This document shows positions 47,832 to 59,691 of a stretch of DNA of 64,000 nucleotides, piece after piece. The notes below the pieces were generated by a model. That model worked only from the letters and a program-made list of their open reading frames with translations, had not been told where the DNA came from and made no database searches. Made by a program: the position numbers and the translations under genes. This DNA comes from Eledone cirrhosa. Lineage: Eukaryota. The stretch spans positions 143,840,001 to 143,904,000 of the forward strand of contig OZ024741.1 of assembly GCA_964016885.1 (NCBI GenBank), read 5' to 3'. How positions within the stretch are numbered: the stretch's first letter is position 1; each line of letters opens with the position of its first letter.

Positions 47832-48292
47832 GTGTGTCCCCGCATGTATCTGTGTGTTTCTAAATATATTGTTCATAACTCCCTCTGGTTGAGTAATCTT
47901 TGAAGTGTAGTGACTGCTGGAAGGCTGCCATTACTCATACTTCTCGCCTCCTTTACCACCTCTTCTGCGGCTTCGATATAAATACCCCCTCCGCCTCCGT
48001 GGTATTTTCTTCGAGGTTATAAGAGGCTTAGCTCTGTTTCTCGACCGTTATATCGCGTGACTATCTCCCCCTCCGCCTTTTGGGATTCTTGCTCACGTCG
48101 TGTAGACGCGTTCTTGAAGCTATAAAATGAGGTATCCTCTTGATAAGTCGGCAAACCTCGCAAGGGCTCTATATCTTTATGATGTACTGTTTTTGTTTAT
48201 GCCACGAAACTACGTAGTCGAGGAATCTAGGAGCAGTTTAGGTATGATACATTTTATTACTAATTATATCTAAATGTTCCTTCTCTCTTCAT
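47832..48292 (+). mobile_element. Solo pLTR/retrozyme-like unit with a variant hammerhead
   Basis: ACTC-cc-tct-gg-TT-GAGT at 47878-47894, a TATAAATA box, HHR at 48135-48224; TA-flanked. Confidence 0.65.
48135..48224 (+). ncRNA. Type I hammerhead ribozyme, U3-A8 core variant
   Basis: tcctc-TTGATAA-gt.ggca...tgcc-ac-GAAA-ctacgtag-TC-gagga. Confidence 0.8.
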
Positions 48293-48308
48293 AATATATA
48301 TATATGAA

Positions 48309-48705
48309 GGCACATGGCTTAGTGGTTAGAGCATTGGGCTTGCAATCGAAAGGTTGTGAGTTCAATTCTCAGACCGGGTGATGTGTTGTTTCCTTGAGCA
48401 AGACACTTTATTTCACATTGCTCCAGTTTACTCAGCTGTAGAAATGAGATGATAGGGACTGGGGTCCCTATCATTCCACTGCAAAGTGGTCGTGGAGGTG
48501 CCACAGCAAAAAAGCACCCAGCACTCACTGTAAATGAGGTTGGTGTTAGGAAGGGCATCCAGCTGTAGAAATCAAGCCAGAATCAGTTCCGTATGAGCAA
48601 GACAAGGTCAGCTGACCGGACACTGCCGACAACAGGACAACCCGTCTAACCCATGCTAGCGTGGAAGAACGGACGTAAAACGGTGATGATGATGATGATG
48701 ATGAT
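48309..48705 (+). mobile_element. tRNA-derived SINE with a full RTE-B 3' end
   Basis: Head and body match 30811; the last ~110 nt match the RTE-B terminus. Confidence 0.9.
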
Positions 48706-48713
48706 ATATTATA

Positions 48714-48753
<40 letters not shown>

Positions 48754-48775
48754 TTATATATATATATATATTATA

Positions 48776-48806
<31 letters not shown>

Positions 48807-49042
48807 GAACCCGGTCATTGAAATGATCATAGTATAATAAACCTTTCAAGGATTTACACAAATCCAGCCTCCTGTCATTTCATTATAATATTTAACTCCG
48901 TAATTGCACCACCAACTACAAAAACAAAGACGGTTGAACTGCCTTACGTTGAGTACTCTCTATATTATTGCATTACGATTGACCATACGGAATAGACCAG
49001 CTCTATACAGTGGTAAACCTCAAACCTGAATATATATTTATA

Positions 49043-49643
49043 TATATATATTTCAAGGATACCAAGTTACATTATGGTATGCCTTCATCAGACAAAATAC
49101 AATATATAACAGTTTTATAAATAGACATTGACGTACCCCTTTAAAAATTGACCATTGCTTTTGGAGGCCATCCTGATGGAAAGCCAGTTGTATTATTTTA
49201 TGAGATATAATTAAAGTTAAAATATATCTCTCTTTCCAAACAATTGTTTCATTATAAGTTTTCTACAAATTAGGAGAATGTTTCCAGTTTATGTAGAAGC
49301 CTAACATATATTCATGTAATAATATATTTAGGTGGTTGCTTATAAATCATCAGTGGAAGCCCATTAAACTTTGATATAAGAAAAAATTCTTACCGCAGTT
49401 AAAAATCGTGTCTGCTCAGCTGCTCCCTCACGCATCGAATGACCGCCAAATTTGTATATATATAAATCAACTTTTCAAATAGAAGTCGAAGTTGAAAGGT
49501 ATGTCGAATCTATCTATTTATAAGACTGTTTATATTGTATTTTGTCTGAAGAAGGCATAACATATTTTTAATATGATATCCCTGAAATATATATAATGAA
49601 ATAAATATGGTTTTATAAATATAGTTTCCATTTATTTAATATC

Positions 49644-49644
<1 letters not shown>
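49043..49644. mobile_element. Inverted-repeat mini-element with three hammerhead cores
   Basis: Diverged arms ~49043-49125 and 49513-49594 each carry CTGANGA-agg...cct-GAAA-tata-TA; an inner HHR lies at 49234-49358 (-). Confidence 0.75.
49234..49358 (-). ncRNA. Type I hammerhead with a branched ~95-nt stem II domain
   Basis: ttcca-CTGATGA-t-ttataag...cttataa-t-GAAA-caattg-TT-tggaa. Confidence 0.8.
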
Positions 49645-49686
<42 letters not shown>

Positions 49687-49787
49687 TTATATATATATAT
49701 ATATATTATATATTTATATATATATATATATTATATATTTATATATATATATTATATATTTATATATATATATTTATATATATATAT

Positions 49788-50117
49788 GTCTTTGCGCGTA
49801 ATTGTTTTTCACCGCTCCTATTAATGACGTATTATTCGTTTTTTCCCGTTCTTTGCCAGCGAACGTTTCCACGAACCAAAGTATCATCTTCCTGTCTTCC
49901 TCCGGTTGCAACGTTTTTTGAAATATCCAGTTCTGCGTTTACAGATTGACTTTGTTAGTTTCAGAAGATCCCGTTAAGGGTGAAAGCAGCGTTCTTTGCT
50001 TAAACTTTAATCTGTTATCTTAATAAATATTTGCTCTACGGTTCTTATATATTTGATATATATTTTCCTTATCGTGCCCTCTTTGGATTTTAGTCTTCAA
50101 TTTTATTATTATTACTA
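49788..50117 (+). mobile_element. Linear HHR-bearing pLTR-like unit
   Basis: agttt-CAGAAGA-t-ccc-gttaa-ggg-t-GAAA-gca...tgc-TT-aaact at 49957-50006 (U4>A); the 3' part matches 50901-51056. Confidence 0.7.
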
Positions 50118-50153
50118 TTATATATTTATATATATATATATATATTATATATT

Positions 50154-50202
<49 letters not shown>

Positions 50203-50203
50203 A

Positions 50204-50324
<121 letters not shown>

Positions 50325-50348
50325 TTATATATATATATATTATATATT

Positions 50349-50380
<32 letters not shown>

Positions 50381-50404
50381 TTATATATATATATATATAT
50401 TATA

Positions 50405-50473
<69 letters not shown>

Positions 50474-50476
<3 letters not shown>

Positions 50477-50826
50477 TTATTCCGGGTTGAATCGGAGGTA
50501 ACCACAGTAAGTAATGTACTCAATATATAGCATAGTATAAAAGTTTTAATATAGAAGAGCTTCTACAGGAATAGAACTGTTTCATTCGTGAGAAATCATC
50601 AGGGAGCTGGCTATCCAAGTAAGTAGTGGTATTTATATCTTTTCTTTTCTGGTTTTAGGAGAGGGTGGGGATAGGTCATTAGTTGAAGGATTTAATCCCC
50701 ACCCTCTCCTACCACCAGAAAAGAAAAGATATAAATACCACTACTTACTTGGATAGCCAGCTCCCTGATGATTTCTCACAAATGAAACAGTTCTAATCCT
50801 ATAGAAGCTCTTCTATATTAAAACTT
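50474..50826 (-). mobile_element. Palindromic hammerhead mini-element, copy 2
   Basis: Reverse complement of 11723-12071 with the same loop and ends; HHRs at 50558-50608 (-) and 50759-50809 (+). Confidence 0.88.
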
Positions 50827-50840
50827 ATATATATATATAT

Positions 50841-51056
50841 ATATTTATTAAAATAACAGATTAAAGTTTAAGCAAAGAATCGCTGCTTTCACTCTTAACG
50901 GAAGATCCCGTTAAGGGTGAAAGCAGTGATTCTTTGCTTAAACTTTAATCTGTTATTTTAATAAATATTTGCTCTACGGTTCTTATATATTTGATATATA
51001 TTTATCCTTATCGAGCCCTCTTTGGATTTTAGTCATCAAATTTATTATTATTACTA
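50841..51056 (+). mobile_element. Fold-back form of the 49788-50117 family
   Basis: 61-bp arms 50841-50901 and 50908-50968; tail GCTC-ta...ta-TC-GAGC at 50971-51016. Confidence 0.8.
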
Positions 51057-51080
51057 TATATATATATATATATATATATA

Positions 51081-51582
51081 GAATTAGTAAATTTGTATTC
51101 CAATGTTACTAAGTAGTCGCATTGGATGGAGTCAACCAACGTCGGAGATTGCTCAACGTATAATAAAGTGTGTTTTAAAATCCGGAGAAAATATGGAGAA
51201 GAAGTTTATGAAACGGAAATGCGGGTATAAAAAATTTATTAGGTAACAATTGTTTCTATAGTGTATGGGTTGCCTATACCTCGCTATTTGAATAATATAA
51301 AAATATTATCATAAACCGAAGGTACACTGTAAGAAAACACACCATGTCTTCAGACCTTTGTAGTGGAATGATATGAAAATATTTTATACATATAAAATAT
51401 TTTCATATCATTCCACTACAAAGGTCTGAAGACATGGTGTGTTTTCTTACAGTGTACCTTCGGTTTATGATAATATTTTTATATTATTCAAATAGCGAGG
51501 TATAGGTAATCCATACACTATAGAAACAATTGTTACCTAATAAATTCTTTATACCCGCATTTCCGTTTCATAAACTTCTTCT
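51081..51582 (-). mobile_element. Near-perfect 192-bp-arm palindrome with hammerheads on both strands, plus tail
   Basis: Arms 51197-51388 and 51391-51582 with 3 mismatches; tail 51081-51196. Confidence 0.88.
51422..51538 (+). ncRNA. Type I hammerhead with extended ~90-nt stem II (mirror at 51241-51357, minus strand)
   Basis: aggt-CTGAAGA-c-atggtgtg...tacactat-a-GAAA-caattg-TT-acct. Confidence 0.8.
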
Positions 51583-52242
51583 ATATATATATTATTACTA
51601 TATATATATATACATAAATATACACGGGTGTGTATGATTGTGTATAGAAGATTATATTAATAAAAGGAATTCCAACTTTGTCTGATTTACTCGTTTTATT
51701 TACAATCCTTTAAAATTTATAATGGTATTAGAATGAAATAGTATGGTAGAATATTAAATGTTAAGTGTTAATTGAACAAGTACTTTCATGCTTTCGCAAT
51801 CTTCAGGTTCATATTGTGTGGTGACAGTCAAGTTGGCAATTTTCAACTATATATATATATATACCCATCTCTATCAATCCTCTCACTCTATTCATTACCG
51901 CCAAACTCTCCCCCTCTCTACATCAACCGTACAACACTCTCCCAATCCTCCTCTATATATCAAAGTCACAACCAAGCCATTAGCAAAGAAGGATGGACAG
52001 ACAAATTGACTTTCTTCTCTGAAGGAACATGTATGTGAAAATTAATTTTTCTTCGCCTCTCTATATTTTTTTTTGTTATTATCATTATTTTCACTATTTG
52101 TACAAATATGCAACTTAACAATATTCAGCATATCCGCAATTGACAATGCATTTAATGCTGCAACCGGTATTGTAAATAAATTAATGTTTTGAAATTTCTT
52201 TTTCCTTTTTACTATTTGTTTATATATATATATATATATGTG

Positions 52243-52359
52243 AAGTCGCGTGACTGAGTGATTAGAGAATTGGATTCACCATTGTGGGGTTGTGAGTTCG
52301 ATTTCCGGACTGGGCGATGCGTTATGTTCTTGAGCAAGACACTTTATTTCACATTGCTC
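52243..52359 (+). mobile_element. tRNA-SINE head and central-domain fragment
   Basis: TGACTGAGTGATTAG (A box), GAGTTCGATTT (B box), TTGAGCAAGACACTTTATTTCACATTGCTCC. Confidence 0.75.
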
Positions 52360-52589
52360 CTTCTACCTGGAGTTGCGACCGATTGGAAATTGTTTCCTCG
52401 GTCCGATTTGACGAAAGTAGATCAACTGTCGGTATATATATTGTTATATTTTGATAGGGTCATGCTGCAAAATGAAAAAAAAATGTATAACAATATCTGT
52501 TTCAACACACGTTTTCAGATAAGAAATCTTGCAAAACAAATTCAAAAACGAAGTATATACACACACATATATATATATACATACACACA

Positions 52590-52647
<58 letters not shown>

Positions 52648-52685
52648 CATATATATATACATATATATATACATATATATATACA

Positions 52686-52726
<41 letters not shown>

Positions 52727-52786
52727 ATACATATATATACATATATATATATACATGCATATATATACATGCATATATATACATAC

Positions 52787-52817
<31 letters not shown>

Positions 52818-52818
52818 C

Positions 52819-55042
52819 AAGCTAGGCGACAAGTATACTTAGCTAGGAGGGAAGCAGAGGATAGAAAATTCAAGCATGTTTTGCAACAGGAGGTGTTCAA
52901 GATGGCGAGGCAGTGTGTCAGAGAGAATTGTGATGTCATTGGAGAGAAGTGTATCCGGAATGATAAAGGTGAGAAAGATGCATGGAAGAGTCATTATGAT
53001 AGATTACTAAATGAGGAGAATGCATGGGAAGAAGAGACCCTACCCCAAGTAGACCCTATAGAGGGGCCAGCAGTACAAGTCAGCAGCAGCGTAGTAAGTA
53101 AGGCAATCAAAGATATGAAGATGGGGAAGGCAACTGGTCCATCGGGAATAGCTGCCGAGATGCTGAAGGCATCTGGGTCTGTAGGTCACACTATAACCAC
53201 ACGTATTGTTAACCAGGTAATACTAGGTGTCATACCAAAAGATTGGTGCAGTAGCATTATTGTCAACTGCTACAAAGGTAAAGGTGATGCACTCGATAGA
53301 GGAAACTATAGAGGTATAAAGCTGATGGACCAGGTCATGAAAGTAACAGAAAGAGTTATAGCACAGTTGATTAGGGACCGGGTGAAACTAGATGAGATGC
53401 AATTTGGGTTTGTACCAGGAAGAGGCACCACTGATGCCCTCTTCCTTGTGAGGCAGTTACAGGAAAAGTACCTAGCTAAAAGTAAGCCACTCTACTTGGC
53501 ATTTGTCGACCTTGAGAAAGCCTTTGACAGAGTTCCACGTGCTGTAATCTGGTGGGCTCTTAGAAAACTAGGAGTAGATGAATAGCTTGTGAAAGCTGTA
53601 CAAGCCATGTATAGGGGAGCAGTCAGCAAAGTTAGGATTAGCAATGAGTATAGCGAGGAATTTAGCGTACAGGTTGGGGTCCACCAGGGCTCTGTTCTTA
53701 GCCCTCTCCTGTTCATCATAGTCCTGCAGGCAATAACGGAGGAGTTTAAGACCGGATGCCCATGGGAACTCCTGTATACTGATGACCTCAAACTTATAGC
53801 TGAATCTATGGTAGAACTAGAGAAGAAATTCCAAACTTGGAAGCAGGGACTAGAAAGAAAGGGTCTCAAAGTCAACATGACAAAGACTAAGGTCCTTGTA
53901 AGTAGACGAGAAAACAGAACCCAGATCCCCTCAGGGAAATGGCCTTGCTCAGTATGTAGGAAAGGTGTAGGTAGGAACTCCATTCTCTGCCCCAAATGCA
54001 AACAATGGGTACACAAGAGATGTAGCGAGATCTCAGGAAGCTTAATTAAGAATGTAGGCTTCACATGCAGCAGCTGTACTGGGACAGCAAGCAGCAAACA
54101 GCCACAGGAAACAAGTACCACCAATCTCTGGGAGGGCTCTGTAGAGACAGTAGACAGCTTCTGCTACCTAGGTGACCGAATTAGCAGCGGAGGTGGGTGT
54201 TCAGAAAGTACAATAACTAGGGTAAGAATGGGATGGAAGACGTTCACGGAACTACTACCATTGCTAGCTGCAAAAGGCTTCTGCCTCAAAATGAAAGGCA
54301 GACTGTATGATGCGTGTATCCGAACAGCAATGTTACATGGTAGTGAGACCTGGGCGCTGAAGGTGGAAGACTCACGTAGATTAGAGAGAAACGAAGCCTG
54401 CATGCTCCGATGGATGTGTAATAGTAATATACGCGAACGACAAATCATAAATGAATTGAGAGAGAGACTGAGCATAAGAGGAATCAAATGCTGTGCAGGA
54501 GAGGCGGTTGCGTTGGTATGGACATGTGATGTGTATAAAGGATGACAGCTGCATAAAAAGGTGCAGCGCACTAGAAGTCGATGGAAACCGCGGAGTGGGG
54601 AGACCCAAGATGACCTGGGATGAGGTGATAAAAGCCGACTTTACCCAATTACACCTCTCAAAGGCGATGACACATGACCGTGACCTCTGGCGTCAAGCAG
54701 TAATACAGAGTACCCGACCTCCCATGGGTACAAACTGAAGCATATAGACAATATGCCCCCCACACCCTCCCACTGCAAGGTGGTCGTGGAGTTGCCACGG
54801 CAAAAAAGCACCCAGCCCACACTGTAAAGTGAACATGTAGGTGCCACGAAAAAGCACCCAGCGCTCACTGTAAATGAGGTTGGTGTTAGGAAGGGCATCC
54901 AGCTGTAGAAATCAAGCCAAACCAGTTCCTGTATGAGCAAGGCATGGTCAGCCGACCAGACACTGCCCACAACAGGACAACCCATCTAACCCATGCTAGC
55001 GTGGAATAACGAACATAAAACGATGATGATGATGATGATGAT
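52819..55042 (+). mobile_element. RTE LINE subfamily B, 5'-truncated, decayed
   Basis: ORFs 52755..53585, 53589..54545 (YTDD) and 54493..54738; (GAT)n tail. Confidence 0.94.
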
Positions 55043-55132
55043 ACATATATATATACATATGTATATACATATATATATACATACATATATATATACATAT
55101 ATATATACATACATATATATATATATACATAC

Positions 55133-55165
<33 letters not shown>

Positions 55166-55180
55166 CATACATATATATAT

Positions 55181-55233
<53 letters not shown>

Positions 55234-55244
55234 CATATATATAT

Positions 55245-55289
<45 letters not shown>

Positions 55290-55360
55290 CATATATATAT
55301 ACATACATATATATATATATATATATACATATATATACATATATATACATATACATATAT

Positions 55361-58342
55361 ATGGTCACGTTGGACAACATTGTGACGGCTACGACGAAAT
55401 CCATGGAGGCTATGGGTTTGGTACTAGAAATGAGGAAGGCTCCAGAATCCTGGAATTCTGTGACACAAATAACCTAACTATCTGTAACACTAACTTAAAA
55501 AAACGTGACAATCACCTGATCACCTATAGATACGGGGAACACACAAGCCAGGTAGATTATATCCTTACCAGAAGACGTGACAGAGTGTCTGTTGTAAACA
55601 CTAAATCCCTCCCCCATGAAGAATGCACCTCCCAACATAGACTGATAATTAGCGACCTCATAGTCAGGACGAGACGTACTTGACAGCAGAAGAGGACTAT
55701 CCTCAGGAGAAAAATATGGAAGCTAAAGGACCCCACAGCCAGAAATAAATTTCAAAGCATATTACTTGATGCTTTCGACAGTAAGGAAGAGCATTTAGAG
55801 TCGGACAATATAGAGGGACAGTGGGAATTTCTGAAAGCAAACCTGCTGATGGCGACAGACGAAGTCTGTGGCTGGAGCAGGCCTGTAGGCAGGAGGAGAG
55901 TAACATGGTGGTGGAACAGTAAGGTGGAGGGGTCAATTAAGGCCAAAAAGCAGGCTTGGAAAGTATGGCGGGATGGGGGAAGTAGAGAAGACTATCAAGT
56001 GGCCAGGAGGGAGGCTAGGAGACAAGTGTACTTCGCAAGAAGGGAAGCAGAGGAAAGAAAGTTCAAGCATGTTCTACAACGCGAGGACCAAAAACGTGAG
56101 GTGTTCAGGATTGCTAGGCAATGTGTCAAGGAAAACCGTGATATTGTCGGGGAGAAGTGTGTACTTAATGATGACGGCGTACTTGCCATCACCGACGCTG
56201 ATAAGAAGGTAGCTTGGAAGTGCCACTATGAAAGGCTACTAAATGAGGAGAATAAATGGGAGAAAGACAGTCTCCCCCACATCGACCCATTAGAGGGACC
56301 AGCAGTGTTAGTCGAGAGTAGTATAATAAGTAAGGCAATCAAGGATATGAAGACGGGTAAGGCGGCTGGGCCTTCGGAAATAGTTGCTGAGATGCTGAAG
56401 GCATCTGGCTCGGTGGGACACACCTTGGTCACCCGGATAGTTAACCAAGTCATACAGAATGGGGTTGTTCCGAAGGACTGGCATAGCAGCATCATCGTTA
56501 ACTGTTATAAGGGTAAAGGAGATGCCCTAGATAGGAGTAACTATAGAGGCATTAAACTAATCGACCAGGTCATGAAGGTCACGGAAAAAGTAATAGCGCA
56601 ACTAATCAGAGAGAGAATTGACCTAGATGAAATGCAGTTCGGGTTTGTGTCAGGCAAAAGTACCACAGACGCTCTTTTCATTGTACGTCAACTACAGGAG
56701 AAATACCTAGCTAAAGGTAAACCCCTCTACTTAGCTTTTGTCGACTTGGAGAAAGCCTTCGACAGAGTCCCCCGTTCCATTATCTGGTGGGCCCTTAGAA
56801 AACTAGGTGTCGACGAATGGCTTGTGAGAGCTATACAAGCCATGTATAAAGAAACAGTCAGCAAGGTTAGAATTAACAACGAATATAGTGAAGAGTTTAG
56901 CGTAAAAGTTGGCGTCCATCAGGGCTCTGTTCTCAGCCCCCTACTATTTATTATTGCCCTTCAGGCTATACAGAGGAGTTCAAGACCGGCTGCCCATGGG
57001 AACTCCTATACGCAGACGACCTGACACTCATAGCTGAATCAATGGCCAAGCTAGAGAAGAAATTCCAAACATGGAAGCACAGCCTAGAATCAAAAGGCCT
57101 TAAAATTAACCTGGCTAAGACTAAAGTTCTAGTTTGTAGGAAAGAAAATAAGGCGGCGGTCCCTTCCGGGAAATGGCCATGCTCAGTGTGTAGGAAAGGC
57201 GTAGGTAGAAACTCCATTTTATGTCCCAAATGCAAAGTATGGGTGCATAAAAGATGTAGTGGGATCACAGGTAAGCTAACTAAGAACTTAGATTTTACAT
57301 GTGGGCGGTGCTCTGGTGCAATAAGTAGCAGCGAGTGCCCACAAAATACTAACTCTTTCAATTGCGCAGAGGGCTCTACAGAAATAGTGGACAGCTTCCG
57401 TTACCTGGGTGACAAAATCAGCAGTGGGGGAGGGTGCTCCGAAAGTACAGTAGCTAGAGTCAGAATTGGATGGAAAAAGTTCAGAGAGCTTATACCACTA
57501 TTAGCCGCTAAAGGGTTCTCCCTAAAAATGAAAGGCAGGTTGTATGATGCCTGCATACGAACAGCAATGTTGCATGGCAGCGAGACCTGGGCATTGTGCA
57601 CAGAGGATATACGCAGACTAGAGAGGAATGAAGCTTGCATGCTCCGCTGGATGTGTAATAGTAATATACGTGAACAGCAAAGCATAAACGAACTAAGGAA
57701 AAAATTAGAAATAAGAGGGATCAGATGTTGTTTACTCGAGAGAAGGCTACGTTGGTACGGACACGTGATGCGCATGAAAGTCGATAGCTGTATAACAAAG
57801 TGCAGGGCAATAAAGATAGACGGTAGCCACGGAATAGGCAGACCTAGAAAATCCTGGGACGAGCTGATAAACTCCGACCTCACACACTTACACCTCTCCA
57901 AGACAATGTCACTGGACCGAGACCTTTGGCGGTACTCAGTAATAGAGAAGACCCGCCTTACCTAAATACATAGTAAAACCTACTACAGCCAGTAGGCATC
58001 TTTAACAAAATACACCCCCGTCCCACCACCCCCTCCTATGTAAAGTTATGTTGGTGCCACAACATCCAGGCCGAAACAAATGAGATCGTGTAGGTGTCAC
58101 GACAAAAAAACACACAGTCCACGCTGTAATGTGGCCGTGTAGGCAACACGGTAAAAACCTCCCAGTCCCACACTGTAAATGTGGTTGGTGTTAGGAAGGG
58201 CATCCAACTGTAGAAAACCTGCCAGACAGTCCTATGTGAGCAAGACAATCACTCTTGCCTCAAGTGGGAATACCCCCGTCCAAACCCATGCAAGCGTGGA
58301 ACACGGACGTTAAACGTTGATGATGATGATGATGATGATGAT
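55361..58342 (+). mobile_element. RTE LINE subfamily A, 5'-truncated, frameshifted
   Basis: ORFs 55849..57024 and 57042..57965; (GAT)n tail. Confidence 0.94.
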
Positions 58343-58348
58343 ATATAC

Positions 58349-58400
<52 letters not shown>

Positions 58401-58423
58401 ATATATACATATATATATACATA

Positions 58424-58700
58424 CAGGGTGCGGACGATATTTGTTCGCAATTTTCAACTGCTAATTTTATGCAAAATTTCTTCACTTCCGTTGTCACTCT
58501 GTCACAAGTGCCTTTAGGGGCCTAAGTTAGGGGACAGTGACAAAGGCCTGTAGCCAGTTCCGAGGCCGCCTTGAGGCCGTCATCAAAGCCAATGGCGGGT
58601 TTATCGAGTGAGATTGAAAGAACAAGTCATGAAGACAAACTGACCCAAGTTTGATAAATAAATCTTTAAAAAAACTACTGTGTTATTTTTTCCTAGACAG
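58424..58700 (+). mobile_element. Internally deleted DD37D mariner copy
   Basis: TA|CAGGGTGCGGACGATATTTGTTCGC TIR fused after ~80 nt to the transposase C-terminus KACSQFRGRLEAVIKANGGFIE* (stop 58609-58611); right TIR not seen. Confidence 0.85.
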
Positions 58701-58804
58701 TAATCTTTTATAGTATGTCTGTTAGAGTACATACATGAACACATATATCATATATATATGTACGTATACATACTACTCTACGTCTGTATACATATATGTA
58801 TGTA

Positions 58805-59193
58805 CGATGACACACGACCGTGACCTCTGGCGTCACGCAGTAATACAGAGTACCCAACCTCCTATGGGTACAAGCTGAAGCATATAGACAATATGCCCCC
58901 ACACCCTCCCACTGCAAGGTGGTCGTGGAGGTGCCACAGCAAAAAAGCACCCAGCCCACACTGTAAAGTGGACGTGTAGGCGCCACGAAAAAGCACCCAG
59001 CACTCACTGTAAATGAGGTTGGTGTTAGGAAGGGCATCCAGCTGTAGAAATCAAGCCAAATCAGTTCCTGTATGAGCAAGGCATGGTCAGCCGACCAGAC
59101 ACTGCCCACAACAGGACAACCTGTCTAACCCATGCTAGCGTGGAAGAACGGACGTAAAACGGTGATGACGATGATGATGATGATGATGATGAT
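58805..59193 (+). mobile_element. RTE subfamily B 3' fragment
   Basis: Matches the end of the ORF and the 3' UTR; (GAT)n tail. Confidence 0.9.
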
Positions 59194-59680
59194 ACATACT
59201 TATATTTAAGTATCAGCCGTACTAAGAGTGAGAAATGAAATTTCATTTTTTCCATTTATCGTTTTCGGTACACCCGGCCGACTAACTCACTCGATATGCA
59301 AATTAGGCTGCTCAGCCGTTAATATGCATAAGGAAAGTATATACTTTCAAACGTTCAATGGACTGACAGGAAGGTATACGGTGCTGATGACAGCTAATAA
59401 GCTAGAAACTAGTTCATCGTTCCTTTGTCAGTGTTGAACAAAAGGGCAACAATGGTTGCCGAACACTGTACAGCTAATAATTTGGGCTGTTTGTTTACAA
59501 ACAAACCGAGCATTATAATAAATGTTATAAACCCATACGTACATATATATATATATATGTGTGCATGTATGTATATACATACTACTGTATGTCTGTATAC
59601 ATATATGTATGTACGTATACATACTTATATTTAAGTATCAGCCATACTAAGAGTGAGAAATGAAATTTCATTTTTTCCAT
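59192..59680 (+). mobile_element. Retrozyme-like unit (425-nt period, 64-bp terminal direct repeats)
   Basis: Repeats at 59192-59255 and 59617-59680 (1 mismatch); central HHR on an extended stem. Confidence 0.78.
59379..59419 (+). ncRNA. Minimal type I hammerhead ribozyme
   Basis: cggtg-CTGATGA-c-agct-aata-agct-a-GAAA-ctag-TT-catcg. Confidence 0.82.
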
Positions 59681-59691
59681 ATATATATATA

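Larger units (their letters stand above)
46498..49030 (+). mobile_element. Hairpin + tail mini-element whose arms (46498-46580, 48807-48889) are separated by nested insertions
   Basis: 83-bp inverted repeat with 1 mismatch; contains GAAA-tgatca-TA half HHR and AATAAA; tail ACTC-cgtaa...ttacg-TT-GAGT at 48895-48954. Confidence 0.75.
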
